This document shows positions 24,501-37,309 of a stretch of DNA of 64,000 nt, piece by piece. How positions within the stretch are numbered: the stretch's first letter is position 1; each line of letters starts with the position of its first letter. The notes beneath the pieces are model-generated. The model was not told the origin of the DNA. It was given only the letters and a program-made list of their open reading frames with translations, and ran no database searches. Source of the DNA: Takakia lepidozioides (taxonomy: Eukaryota; Plantae; Bryophyta); assembly GCA_030704615.1 (NCBI GenBank), contig CM060733.1:10912001-10976000 (forward strand). Reading direction: 5' to 3'. Position numbers and translations under genes: made by a program.

Positions 24501-27500
24501 TCTGGATGAGGTTGAATCCAAACAGCCAGAAAGACAAGATGCCCCTAAGTGTACGGAACCTGAACGTCCTGAATCTGAAGGATTTGGTACTCTGAATGGT
24601 TTACCAATCCTCAAGGTTTACACAAGACGAACAAATTCTATACACGGGGTAATTGTCCCCAAGCCGTCAGATGGACAATCTGTCCCTAAGTGTGCAGAGC
24701 CTGAACGTCGTGTAACTGAAGGATTTGGTACTATAAATGGTTTACCAATCCTCAAAGTCTACACAAGACGAGCAAAATCTATACACGGGGTAATTGTCCC
24801 CAAGCAGTCTGACGGACAATCTGCCCCTATGTGTGCGGAGCCTGTGCGTCGTGTAACTGAAAGATTTGGTACCCTGAATGGTTTACCAATTCTCAAAGTT
24901 TACACAAGACGAGCAAAATCTACACATGGGGTAACTGTCCCCCCTTTGCAGAACGGTTGGCCGTCCAGGAGCAATCACAAGCTACCTAGACGACAAACAA
25001 TTCACATGCAAAGGGCTGGCTTGCGGCTGGCCACTTTCAACTTCTCAGGGTTGACCAACCAAAGGAAACAACTCGAAGTGGGACAAGTTCTTCGGACTAA
25101 TGATATTCATATCTGTGCTGGGCAAGAAACATGGGAAACGTCGGATAAACTGGTTGGAGATGTCAATGGTTATAAATGGGCAGGTAAGATGTGTACTCAA
25201 GGCAAACGCGGTCAAAAAGGGGTTGGATTCTTTGTCCGTGGTTTGAGGTACGAGCATAGTATCTGGCTGAAACTGAATCTGAAGGGCGGCATGAGTACAA
25301 AGGACCTCTTTGTGGGTTGTGTTTACATGCCCACAGAGGGGACCCTTAGTGCTGACGCAGACAAAGCCTTCGAAGATGTAAAACTGGACTGTGCTTCGTT
25401 CCTTGCCAAAGGTCAGGTGGTACTATTGGGGGACTTCAATGCCCGGGTGGGCAAAGGGATCCATCAGGACGATATCATTGGACCTTTTGGTGAGGACGAG
25501 CTGAATTCTAATGGCAGACGGTTAATTAACTGTCTAGAAGAGCTTCAGCTTTTGACCTTGAATAACAGGACAAGAGGTGACCAAGTGCAGTGGACTCATA
25601 AGAAATCCCAAACTGGGGAACGTTCCATTGTGGACTATATCATAATGGACAAAATTTTGTTCCCCCAGTGTGCCAATGTGTTGATCGACAGAACTGATAT
25701 TGGTACCTCTGACCACTTCCTGGTTTGGACTGAGATCAAAAGGTGTTTTCCCACCACCAAGAGATCTGTGAAACGTTCGATTCGGAAGTGGCGCATAGAA
25801 AAATTCCACAATGAGGAGGTCAAGGCTGAGTACGTCCAGGCCTTGCAAGAGGCTCTCCCTCATTTTGTACTTCAGTCACGCTCTGTTAACGCAAGAAATG
25901 AAGTCGAAAGAGCAGTGGACTCTTGGGAGAGTTTCGTTTCCTCCGTGGCTGACAAGATCATTGGGAGGAAACTAATTGTCTGCGGTAGAGCAGTTAATTG
26001 GTGGACTAATGAGATTAAACTCAAGATAGCTGAGAGACGAGCCCTCTATAAAAGAGTGCTGCAATTTGGAAACCAACAGAGAATTGTGGACGAGGTACTA
26101 CCAGCTCCGTAAAGTTATCAATCAGCTTGTTAGGTCTCAGAAGAAATTATACTGGGACAAGTTATACAGTGAAATAAACTCAAACCACCATGGTGGTAAT
26201 GACAAGAAATTCTGGTTGGCCCTTCAACGTTTGTACAAGCCGAAAAAACGGTCAGCAAGTACAAGCGCTGAAGACTACTAAAGGTGCAGTGGTGACTTCA
26301 TCGGTTGACATTGTCAAAACCTTTGAAACTCACTACAGTATCCTTGGCAGAACTTCTAGGTCTAACAGTGAGGGGTCTTCTGCTGAATGGAGGGACACAG
26401 TTGGAAAAACTGTTCCTATGATTCAAAACAGCCCTGATGAACTGGAGTATATTTCAATGGCTTATAATGCTCCCATTAGTTCTTCTGAGATTGTGGAAGC
26501 AATTGAACATTTAAATGGATATAAAGCTGGTGGACCTGATGGTATTGTCAACGAGCTTATCAAGCACGGTGGCGATCCCATGATAGAGGCCCTAGTTCTC
26601 CTCTTTAACCTTATCTGGAAGACTGAAATGATCCCCTTTCGCTGGCGACAGGGGGTCATTGTCAATCTATACAAGAAGGGTGACAGAGAAGAACCGGGGA
26701 ACTACCGTGGCATCACGCTCCTCAATGCTGTTGGCAAGACATTCTGCAGAGTTATAAGTACTCGTCTCGAGGTTGATCTGGAGTCTAGAGGTTGTTTCCA
26801 CGAAGGCCAAGCTGGCTTTCGGCGAAACAGGGGCTGTGTGGATCATATCTTCACTCTAAGCCAGATTATCCAGGGAAGGAAAAAAGAAGGGAAACCCACT
26901 TATGTCTTTTTCCTGGATGTCAAAAAGGCTTATGACACAGTGTGGAGAGATGGCCTATGGTTCCACCTCTGGTCTTGTGGGATAGGGAAAGATGTGGAGA
27001 GTTGTCCACAACTTGTATGCTCACACCAAAAGCTGTGTCACTGTTAACGGACAGAAGTCCAACTTCTTTGACATAGACCAAGGTGTAGCTCAAGGATGTA
27101 CTCTCTCCCCTCTGCTCTTCAATGTTTTCATCAATCAACTCCTCGAGGATGTGGAAAGTGAGGGATTTGGGTTAAGGGTGGGTGATACCACCATACCAGC
27201 CCTTATGTTTGCGGATGACTTCGCAGGCATAGGGGAGACTCCAACCAATCTCCAGGAGTTGATTGATTGCGCGAAGAGATACTTTGATCTTTGGGGGCTA
27301 GAGGCTAATGTCAGCAAATGTGCAGTGGTAGCATTCAACGACAGAGGAGAGGGAGGAAGTGATCTTAAGTGGCAGTGGGGTAGCCAAGAGATCCCGGTCC
27401 TCCCTTCCTACACTTACCTGGGCATTGAGTTCTCCTCCAATTGTAATTGGGACGCACATATCCGGAAAGTTGTTCAAACTGGCAAGGGCAAAGCTCTGGG

Positions 27501-30475
27501 GCTCACTAAATTTTTCCACTGCAGAGGGGTCAACTCTGAGGTTAAGAAAACCATGCTTTGTCACGTTATTAGACCTGCCTTGGAGTACGGATCTGCTATA
27601 TGGGTTGATAACTCCAACCAGGCTAAGTCTCTAGAATCCATTCAAGTGGGGGTGCTTAAGGAGTGTATGTCAGCATGCTCCAAAACAGCCAATGTGGCTG
27701 TTCGGGGTGAGTTTGGCATTCCGTCCTTAAGCTCCCGACGAGATGAATTCAAGGTCAGATGGTGGGGTCAGCTGCAACATATGCCCAACACCAGATATCC
27801 TAAGTTAATCGACTCTATATCTTGGAAACAGGACCGCCCTGTCAAACAGGCTAAGTCCTGGCAGAAGAGAGTAGAAGAGATCCTCAAGGACCTGGACCTG
27901 GATCCGCAAGTCTTGACCCTGCTGGATAAATCTGACTTAGAGGCTGTAGTGTCCTCAGCCATGTCTGTTGCCATGAGATTGTCTGATGAAAATGAAGTTA
28001 GGCAGAAAACTTCCCTGAACTTGTTTCCAGTCTGTGACATGGGGGAGGACATCTTGGATGACCTCAAGGGTCTACCCACTCTCGGCACTAGACTGAAATT
28101 TAAACTCAGGGCAGGAAGCCTACCTTTGAACAGCAAACAGAAGCAGAGAGGAAAGGGAGAGTGCAATTGCCCGTTGTGTGGGCAATCTGAAGACAGTATT
28201 CATTTTCTGATACACTGTCCGGGGTTCTCTCACCAAAGAGACGCTCTCTTCAAATCTATTAAGGGAATTGTGGCTGTACCCCTGTTTACCAACTTTGAAA
28301 GTCTCGAGGCTGAGCCAAAAGCCCAGGCCCTCCTGAGGATATCTAGAGGATATCTGGAAAACCCGGATTAATTCTTTATATGGAGGTAAGTCTTACTACC
28401 AACGTCAGCCCCTGACAGAGGTAGGTTCTGTCCCTTTTGTTCCCGCTCAAACTGGGCGCGGGGTCAATGGCCACAAGGCTACGGCAAACAACGTCTTATG
28501 AGTACAATCTGTCTTAGCTTCAAACAGTGCCTTGGTGCTTGGCTGTGCTTCTATGTCCATCCAGTTTACCATCATCCCTTACTGCCGCCACCGTCTGTTA
28601 AGAGCTAACTGCAATGCCATTCTAGGCATGTAAAAGAGCAAGAGCAGCTGCTCTCACCCTTCAGATGTTTCCCTTGGAAGGTTGCCACTGCAACTACAAT
28701 GGTGATTGTCACTACTTCGTAGAGCCAATTTCCTTAAGTCATCTCATATTCTTCTAAAATTGACAACTGTTATCCTTACTGTATCTTGCAGCAACACTTT
28801 ATCGACACCTTCCATCGGTGTTGAGTGAATTTGGACTTCACATGTAGTTCATCCCAACCAACTCTCCAATTACAACTATATAACGCATTAGAAAGACAAT
28901 TCAAACACAGACCTCTGAGCCAGACGACGTTGAAGTTCGAGGGTCTGCTCCATATCCTCGTGAAGAGTGTTGAGCTCAGTCTCAGCCCTCTCTACATTTT
29001 CGTGATTTTGTTTCATATAAAGCTCCAACCTGCCAGCAAGTTGATATAAAAACACTATTTCACTCTCAGCCAATGCGACAAGGAGTTTAGAATATGTGGA
29101 CATAGAGTGTTATATCATCAATACTGTTCACCTTGGACTGTTCGGATACCCGAGAGAGACTTGCAAAAAAATGCATAGATCCCACACCAGAAGGAAATGT
29201 GGACTAATGAAGTAGTGGACCTCTCACGCAGCTGCTGATTGATGCTTTGCAACCTTTGCTCCCCATCAATATGAGCCTCCAAGTCAATCTGCAATGCTGC
29301 CACTTGACGTCGCAAGGTGGCTGCATCTGACGCTGGAGGCACCATCAACCCCTCAGCCCTCAGGCGGGGGCCAACTCTGAGTAACGACTGATGATTGCCT
29401 TGTGCACCATTCCCAATACCAAAGTTAGGAGCCATTTTAGTGATCGATGGGTTGACCATGGAACCCCCCATACTTGCTGTTGGGCTCATCTCCACTGGAA
29501 TAACCGTGGATGGAGGTTGGCTGAATGCAACCGTCTTATTTGGAGCTAGGCTGCTCCCAAGGGGACTGGTACGATTCGACACTCCTGACATGCTTGAACT
29601 GCCCGGGGCCCCTGGTATTCTGCTTCCAGTGTGTTGAGCTTGCATCTACAATGCAAGTAAGCAGTGCTTACAATGAGGTTGTAACACTCAACTCTTTTTC
29701 GCTCAGAGGGAGTGCTGCATGTGGTGAGAGCGAGGGACACTCATGTGGCAACACATTCCAGACGTAACCAGTTAATTGAAAGTAGCAAAGAGAATGGGCC
29801 AGGCAGGGAATACACTGGTAATACTCAGAGAGTTAGTGCTAAGGCAGACAGTCTCCATTGTCACAAAATCACTAATTTTTAGATCCCTCTGTTACATTCT
29901 TTCTTCATGATTGGTTCTTGGTGGGTGATTGGCTTTGGCATCTGTGCTTACAAGGTGAGAAGAGATTCAAACTTCTATCATCTCACCATGGAGATGATAA
30001 TTTCCACTTACAAATGTGCAATTCAGAGTACTTTGCAAGAATGTAGTATATCTACTCTATCATGAAGTTCTCCCTGTATGTTTCCTTCAGACAAGACAGA
30101 CCTGCATCACAACAATGCAAAAAAGAGAAACTATGCACCAATAAAACACATTTAATCAGAGACTCAATCACAATGCACAAGGCAGCTTTTAGGGTCAGCA
30201 TGTGAATAAGAGACATAACGTACCTCCCCTTGGTAAATAAGAAACAGCCTGGCACATGTTCTCTAGCCCCCAAATAGTGAAACACATAGGCGTTGTAACC
30301 AAATGGATATGCTAGCAGGTACAAATGCGAATCAAGCATCAAAAGTGGGGTGAACACACATAGAAATAAGAGTGCAAACCTGGCCCTTGGGGGAAAGAAA
30401 AGGATCCATTGAGCTTGTGGGAGCAGCTATTGTTCCACCTTGCAATTGTTGGTCATCTATCTCTTCGTAGGGTCT
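12510..30475 (-). CDS. Multi-exon Sfi1-repeat / coiled-coil protein (centrin-binding, centriole/basal-body type); both ends uncertain, 5' UTR may reach ~34200
   Basis: Phase-compatible GT-AG exons: ~30380-30475, 29221-29645, 28913-29029, 24127-24289, 23558-23689, 22839-23063, 22142-22665, 21678-21864, 21337-21467, 21164-21215, 15796-16047, 15216-15356, 14713-14859, 14339-14470, 13979-14078, then either 13687-13700 (stop) or 12668-13401. Sfi1-like W repeats: LQECWRAWR, KTLAQWQR, RRVFKRWVQW, KQAVSAWR, VVKSWCNF, IQIWRD. Confidence 0.7.
15512..15583 (-). other. tRNA-like element (tRNA pseudogene or tRNA-derived SINE head) in an intron
   Basis: GGACGGG TAGCTCAGTGGTAGAGC A CCCCA CCGGAAT GGGGG AGGTC CTAGG TTCAATC CCTAG CCCGACC A: A/B boxes and T-stem intact; acceptor mismatch, no U33, GGA anticodon with a short variable loop. 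Confidence 0.7.
24407..28507 (+). mobile_element. Full-length non-LTR retrotransposon (APE-RT-Zn finger; RTEX/RTE-like), intronic, 3 frameshifts
   Basis: 17-bp TSD tctgtcttagcttcaaa at 24390-24406 and 28508-28524; ATFN, QET, LGDFNAR, SIVDY, SDH; YRGITL, QAGFR, FLDVKKAYD, GVAQGCTLSP, FADD; C-terminal CPLC..ED..HFL..C. Confidence 0.95.
24541..24945 (+). repeat. Three ~140-bp in-frame tandem repeats in the LINE N-terminus
   Basis: PKC.EPE...EGFGT.NGLPILKVYTRR..S.HGV.VP x3. Confidence 0.85.
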
Positions 30476-30989
30476 CTGATTGCCATCCGGAAAATACAAT
30501 AGAATTAATCATTACATTTTGCACCTTCCATAGCTTTTCCTTTCCTCCCTCTCTGTTGGTTGTAGCCCTTAAGTGTGGTTTGATTGCTGTTCTACTTTGG
30601 CCCATGGGCCCTCCACACCTCCCCCACCTCCCCCCCCACCCCACGTTGGAACCTCAGCATCATCACTAGATGCCTCCATCAGCAAAGAAACAACAAGTTT
30701 GATTTCCACTGGTTTAAGTAATGAGGAGCCATCAAATACTTTTGAAAGCAGCAATGCAATGGTACAGTCTTTGTTCAAAGATCAATGACCTCCAGACTAA
30801 TTTCACAGAATCCACTTGTAGCAAGAAAGTACTGCAATCTCAGCTGCCACACATACAAGCCTTGTGTATTACACAATTGGCAGGTTACAAATAAAAATCT
30901 GCGTATGTGTGAAAGCAGCAACATCACAGATGCTCTCTGCTAGACTTACAGTTGAGGTAACAGAAACTCACGGACGTGGTTCCTTGTTC

Positions 30990-32165
30990 TTCTACTTTGT
31001 CCCATAGGCCCTTAGGCCGTGTGGACATTAGAAAGTAGATTTCTTTTATTCCTCCTTTCACGGAGAGAGTCAACACTGAAAAAACTGACGGATTTGTCTC
31101 CAATAGCAGAGCAGGTATGCAAAGTGTGAAAGGAACCCACTCAAAGGACCACCTAAGAGCCAACTCTGTTATTTGTAGCATGGCAGTTTCTGACAAAATT
31201 GGAAGTTTGAGTGGTACTGCCAGTCTACTTGGCATTGACAAGAAGATTTGAGTCTTGAGTTGTTCTTTGGATTTTGTGGTTCTATTGTGTTGCTCTTCAT
31301 GTGTCCCTTCGGCCTTCCAGGGCTGTAATATGTTTCTTTCTCTTTTTTTTCTCTTTTGTCCCATAAGCTCTTTGAGCTTTCCGCGGACGTATAAAGTACC
31401 ATTACATTTCATTTCTATGTCAGCCTCTGTGGAGATTAGAAAGTTACTTTCTTTGCAGTCCCTCTCTTTCTTGTTTCTATCTTCCTCGTGTCCCATAAGC
31501 TCTTCGAGGTTCCCGTGGACAATACAAAGTCTTCTTTCTCTAGAACAATCGCTAGAACATTAATTGTGGTTTCTAGATTTGTTCCTCTCATGTTTTCTTC
31601 CATTTTGTCCCATAAGCTCTATGAGCTTTCCGTGGACGTTATAAAGCACCATTTCATTTCATTTCATTTCTCTTTCATTAATTGTGGTTTCTGGATTTCT
31701 TCCTCTCTCATGTTTTCTTCCATTTTGTCCCATAAGCTCTATGAGCTTTCCGCGGACGTCATAAAGCACCATTTCATTTCATTTCATTTCTTTCTAAATT
31801 TTTTCTCTCTACATTGAGAAAGTTATAAAGCACCATTTCATTTCATTTCATCTCTCTACATTGTCTCCCATAGTATCAGGACCCCTAGGCATGTTCTAGA
31901 ATTTCTTCTTTTTTTCTGTAGTTTTGAGGCTGCTTATCAGGGACCCCAGTTTGCATGTTTCCTGCTTTCCTGTCCTATGAGCTCTTTTGAGCTTCCTGGT
32001 GCTGTTGTAAAATTTCGTTCTTTCATTTCTTCCCTCTAACATTTCTTCCCCTTCTCTCTTTTGGGCTGCTTGTGGAGGGCCCCTCTCTTTTTCTTGTTTC
32101 TTTCTTTCTTGTCTCATAAGCTCTTTGAGCTTTCAGCAGACGCTGCAATGTACCATCTCATTTCT
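30990..32165 (+). mobile_element. Cluster of short LINE 3'-end/SINE-like fragments with stem-loop and (ATTTC)n tail
   Basis: tttgtcccataagctc(t/a)tgagctttccg(c/t)ggacg..aaagcaccatttcatttc at ~30996, 31356, 31488, 31604, 31724, 31970 and 32110; 31545-31655 matches the reverse complement of LINE 3' UTR 62442-62555. Confidence 0.85.
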
Positions 32166-34657
32166 CTACCTTGGTTTTAAGATCAGTACCCTTTGGGTTG
32201 AAACCCACAAGCAGCTCCAGGGGGATTAATCCTGCGTCAGGGCCCCTCTTCCCCTACTTAATGTCTTCTTCTTCGTCTTTGTCCCACCCGCAGTGAAAAA
32301 TACAAGTCTACTGCAATCCAGATAAATGAGTAGTCTCTCCCATCATATTTGAGCTACCTCACCTATGAAAGAAAATTACAGTCAAGGCAATTTTCTTCTA
32401 ATGCTGGATTGATTTTAGATCAGGGTGCATACAATTTAGGAGGGTGAGCTGCTGCAGTGAGCTGCTGCAGTGTAAGCAACTGGGATCATGGGAACATCTA
32501 TTGCCTCATTTGCTGTGCTGTCCTCTGTTACTTCCTTCCCCAATCATGCTGCTCTACATGTCCTGCATGGCAATGCAATGTGGAGGGGACGGTGCCCATG
32601 AAGTCCAACTCCGTACCATCTATGAGCAATTTTCCCCATATATGATGAGTTGGAGATTTGAAATGTTGAAAGCTAGCACAACCCAGCTCACAACACTCAA
32701 AAAGTACTAGCATATCACTTTTCCTGAGTTTAGAGCAAGGTGCCAATTGCAACATTCTCATAGAAATGAAAAGTGCCAAGCAGTCGATGGATTGGAGGGT
32801 GGAGGGAATATGTGTGGAAGCAAAGTGGACAAATAGCACAATCTTGTATGCTGGTTGTGATTCGAGATCTATTAAGAGCAAAGGCTGCAGCATGTATTGA
32901 ATTTGAGCTTTGGAACCTTTTGACCTGGCAACCCTAAGGTTTTATGATGCACCCTATCATGGTAACATTTGAATATGGTTTCAATCTATGTACTGGACGA
33001 GATGAGACTCTTCATAGGATCACTTCTCAACTACACAAAATCTCTTTTGTATGACTGAGCATCTGAATGTGGGCATCAAGAGTCATACTTGAAATTGTCC
33101 TAACTAAATGAGTGCCAGGATGTTATTCCCGAAGTGTTCAAGGCCCACCAACTACTGTGATCCTTGAACTTGTGTCCAAGATCCTCCCTTCTCAAGATCA
33201 AATCATATAGACACGATTTCTACTGTCACAGGGATAGAGGAAGGAGGATTCTGATCGCCTGAAAGTGTTAGAGCTATGAAAGAACTCAGGCATTGCGAGG
33301 GCTTCCATTTTTGTTTTCTGCCTTGTAATGTTGATATCTCTCCATCCCATCATATGGGCCTCTCTTTCTTTAGGTATCTGCTCTCTCGAGACTGTGTCTT
33401 TGTGCCTTGGGCCAGGGGCTCCGCTCTAAGTTTCTTTATTTCTTCTTTCTCCCTCCCTTTTTGGAACTTTCATTCCAAAGTCTCTTGACTTTCTCCTTCT
33501 GTTTATTTTATGCCTCTTCTACTCTCAATTTTGAGGCAAGCGAAGCAGAAGAAAGGGCAATCCCTCTTACATGCAATGCAATATGTCCAAGTCTATACAT
33601 ATCAATTGGTACCACGACGGTTTTTGAATGTCATCTAGCAAAACGCAGCTCAACAGTTAAGCATACACTAGTGAAACCACATTCAGGTCTCCACTCCCTC
33701 CTATGGAGTGTTTCATCCCCTCCAAAAAGCCTCGCTAATTCCCTCCCATTTTCCTTCATGATCATGCATTTAAGGTTGGTCACTTCGGGAAGCAAGAAAG
33801 AAGCGGAGATATGGCTTACTATCCCACCATAATAGCTCCCTGGCATCGCTGTGGCTAAATACACATCACAGCACCATAACTTGCCAAAGCAAAAAACTCA
33901 AATCGCTGCTTTGGTGTTCCAGACTCCAAGAGTATGAGTGTTTGAGGCCAAAAGAGTGGGTGTGTGTTTGTGAAGGCACGCACAGAGTGTGACGACATCG
34001 GGGCGGCCTCGCGCGCAAAATCCTCGGCAGAATCGGATGTTGCGGGGCAGCCCAACAAGCAGGAGAGAGTGCAGAACGCGCAGGCGCAAGAGAGGAGCGG
34101 TTAAGCACAACCGTTACCCTGCTGCACCATAACCGTGGGCCCTCTCAGATCTCCACACCCTGCCGTTGTGAGCTTGCGGTTCTGGTCCCGCCCATCAACC
34201 AACGATGAGGATTTGAACCCGCCACCGGGGCCCCATAATCTCCCGCGTGCTTTGTGTTTCTGAGGGTCTCTGATCTTCCATCACATCTATTCTCGATGAT
34301 CAGGGCTCCATCTTCGCAGATTGAATTTGGGTTCTTCGAGGATCCCCGTTTGGAAGATGATTCGAAACATGGGTGGTGGTAGCTATGGCTGCCCATCAAT
34401 TGCACATCGGTGGTGGGTTGGTGCACGAAAATTCAGACTTCATGCGTACGCGCGCAAAGGAGGCCTTTCCGATCGAGAGTTCGTTCATCCCCACTTGCAT
34501 GAAAGCAGAGCTAGCTGCCATGAAGCAATTGCGATCACAATCTGGTGATTGTTGGAATGTGTATAGACTGCAGGAAGCTCCAAGCCGAGAATATAACAGG
34601 TACTGTTTGATGGTAATTCAGAGGTGTTGTTTTCATTGAAAGAGTTTATGCTGAGAG

Positions 34658-36871
34658 TTGATGCATGTGGCAGGTAATTTTGGTTCTTTTGATGCATGTA
34701 TTCGGAGGTCTGTGGGCATGAAAAGGTTTTCTTTGAGTTATCCAGGAAGTTCGAGGTGCATTGTGGAGTTCGAGCATCATGGCTTGTTAACTAAGAATTT
34801 TGAGTCATCCAAGAACCCAGGGGTGACTCAGGCACGATTGTTTATTGCATCTGAGATTGGTGGCAGGGCTACTACTTCCAGCATCATCGCTGCTTTCGAA
34901 AAAGCGCCAAGAGAAGGAGTCACCAGGAGCTCTTCTGGCACCTTTGGGGATATGAGGTCGCTATGTAAGGAAGGACGACTGAAAGAAGCGCTGCACATTT
35001 TGGATCAACGAGGCATTCGAGCAGACTCAAGTACTTACATATGTCTCTTGCAGGAGTGCATCAACTTGAGAGACCTAGTAAAGGGAAAGCACGTGCATGC
35101 CCACATTATGCAGAGTGGATTGCAGCCGAACAAGTTTCTACAAAACACCCTAGTGAACTTGTATGCCAAGTGCGGGAGCATGGCAGGGGCACGGCAAGTG
35201 GTTGACAAAATGCCTGAACGAGATATGTTTACATGGACTATAATGATCGCAGGATATTCTAAGCATGGGCAAGCTGGGAATGCTCTCAAAGTATACGAGC
35301 AAATGAAATGGGAAGGGGTGACCCCAGACAGTGTCACGTTCATTTGCATTCTCAATGCGTGTGCCAGCCTCCGGGCCCTGGAAAAAGGCAAAGAGATCCA
35401 TGCTAACATCATCAAAGCTGGACTTGCGTCATATGTTAATTTGGATAACACCCTAGTCGACATGTATGCGAAATGTGGGAGCATGAAGGATGCGCGTCAA
35501 GTGTTTGACGATATGGTTAAGCGAGATGTTGTCTCATGGAACGCCATGATTGCTGGATATTCACAGCGTGGTTGCAGTATGGAGGCTTTGGAGCTCTATG
35601 AGCAAATGAAGTGGGAAGGGGTGACACCCAACAGGGTCACATTCACTTGCGTTCTCAATGCATGTGCTACACTAGGAACCCTGGAGAAGGGCAAAGAGGT
35701 CCATGCTGACATCATGAACGCATTACTTGAATCAGAGATCATTTTGGAAACTGCTCTTGTTGACATGTATTGCAAATGTGGGAGCATGATGCATGCTCAT
35801 CAAGTGTTCGATAATATGCCTAAACGAGATGTGGTCTCATGGAGCGCCATGATCGCAGGGTATGCTCAGCATGGGTGCGGTAGGGAGGCTTTTGAGATCT
35901 ATGAGCACATGCAAAGGGAACGCGTGAAGCCAAATAGCGTGACACTTATCTCTGTCCTCAATGCGTGTGCCAGCCTAGGAACTCTGGAAAAGGGCAAAGA
36001 GGTCCACGATGACATCCTCAAATCTGGAATTGCATCATATATCAATCTGGAGAATAGCCTTGTTGCCATGTATGCCAAATGTGGGAGCATGAAGGATGCA
36101 CAGCACGTGTTTGACAACATGCCTAACCGTGATGTGGTCTCATGCAGTACAATGATTGTTGGGTATGCTCAGGATGGGTGTGACAGGGAAGCTCTTGAAA
36201 TCTATGAGCAAATGCTTCAGGAGGGGATGATCCCTGACAGTGTCACGTTCACTTGTATTCTCAACGCGTGTGCTAGCATAGGAGCTCTAGGAAAGGGCAA
36301 GGATGTCCATGCTGACATTACCAAAGCTGGAATTCAGTCAGAGCTTATTTTGGAGACTGCTCTTGTTGGTATGTATGCCAAATGCGGGAGCATGACAGAT
36401 GCACATCTAGTGTTTGACAATATGGCTACACGAGATGTGGTCTCATGGAGTGTCATGATCGGAGGGTGTGCCCAGCATGGGTCTGGTAGAGAGTCCCTCC
36501 AACTATTTGAACAAATGCAACTGGAAGGCTTGAAGCCAAATGCTGTCACTTTTACAGCTCTTCTCTCGGCATGTAGCCATGTGGGGTTGGTGGATGAAGG
36601 TCATCACTACTTTGTTTCCATGAGTCAAGATCATGGCCTCAAACCTACAGTGGAACATTTCGTCTGTATGCTGGACCTTCTTGGTCGTGCAGGGCACTTT
36701 GATGAGGCAGAGGACTTCATCAACAACATGCCAATTGAAGCAGATGCTCCGGTGTGGTGGGCCTTACTTGGTGCCTGCAGAATTCATGGCAATATGGATC
36801 TAGCAGAATATGCTGCAAAATGCATTCTCAAGTGCAGTCCACAGGATTATGCAGCTTTTGTGCGGCTATAA
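34658..36871 (+). CDS. PLS-class PPR protein, E-type, truncated in E2, no DYW; start uncertain
   Basis: Intronless 737-aa ORF with P1-L1-S1 triplets, P2-L2-S2 and E1; the ..ATGRW remnant lies just after the stop. Confidence 0.9.
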   Translation: MMHVAGNFGSFDACIRRSVGMKRFSLSYPGSSRCIVEFEHHGLLTKNFESSKNPGVTQARLFIASEIGGRATTSSIIAAFEKAPREGVTRSSSGTFGDMRSLCKEGRLKEALHILDQRGIRADSSTYICLLQECINLRDLVKGKHVHAHIMQSGLQPNKFLQNTLVNLYAKCGSMAGARQVVDKMPERDMFTWTIMIAGYSKHGQAGNALKVYEQMKWEGVTPDSVTFICILNACASLRALEKGKEIHANIIKAGLASYVNLDNTLVDMYAKCGSMKDARQVFDDMVKRDVVSWNAMIAGYSQRGCSMEALELYEQMKWEGVTPNRVTFTCVLNACATLGTLEKGKEVHADIMNALLESEIILETALVDMYCKCGSMMHAHQVFDNMPKRDVVSWSAMIAGYAQHGCGREAFEIYEHMQRERVKPNSVTLISVLNACASLGTLEKGKEVHDDILKSGIASYINLENSLVAMYAKCGSMKDAQHVFDNMPNRDVVSCSTMIVGYAQDGCDREALEIYEQMLQEGMIPDSVTFTCILNACASIGALGKGKDVHADITKAGIQSELILETALVGMYAKCGSMTDAHLVFDNMATRDVVSWSVMIGGCAQHGSGRESLQLFEQMQLEGLKPNAVTFTALLSACSHVGLVDEGHHYFVSMSQDHGLKPTVEHFVCMLDLLGRAGHFDEAEDFINNMPIEADAPVWWALLGACRIHGNMDLAEYAAKCILKCSPQDYAAFVRL

Positions 36872-37309
36872 CCTGCAACTGGCAGGTGGGCTGGGTACGT
36901 AACTGATACATCCTCTTCACCACCATGGTGAAGCATGCCATTGCTTTTGGGCCCAGTAGCGGCAACCCCTATCCGTGTCATTAAAAATCTGGGTGAGTGT
37001 TGACTACCACATGGCCACCGAGTTTATGTCTACGATTATTGCATGAGCATTTGTGGTACTGGATGTAAACCACTTTCACCCATTTCAAAGATGGGGTTTC
37101 TGTTGTGGGGTCACTGGTGAAACAAGCAGCGTGCAAGAAAGGTGTCAGTCCAATTGTGAGGATGGAAAGGTCAGGATGTGCCATGATTTTGAATTCATGA
37201 AAAGGTTTGTGTATGTGACAGTTGTGTACCCACTTTTGGTGAGTTACCCACATTGATGAGCCCAGTTCAATTATTGCACAGAAGAGATGAAGTCATCAAA
37301 AACCTTGAT

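Noticed and set aside
34373-34599. Upstream coding exon for the first PPR gene
   Set aside because: The obvious donor (34600) and acceptor (34673) are out of phase and give an immediate stop
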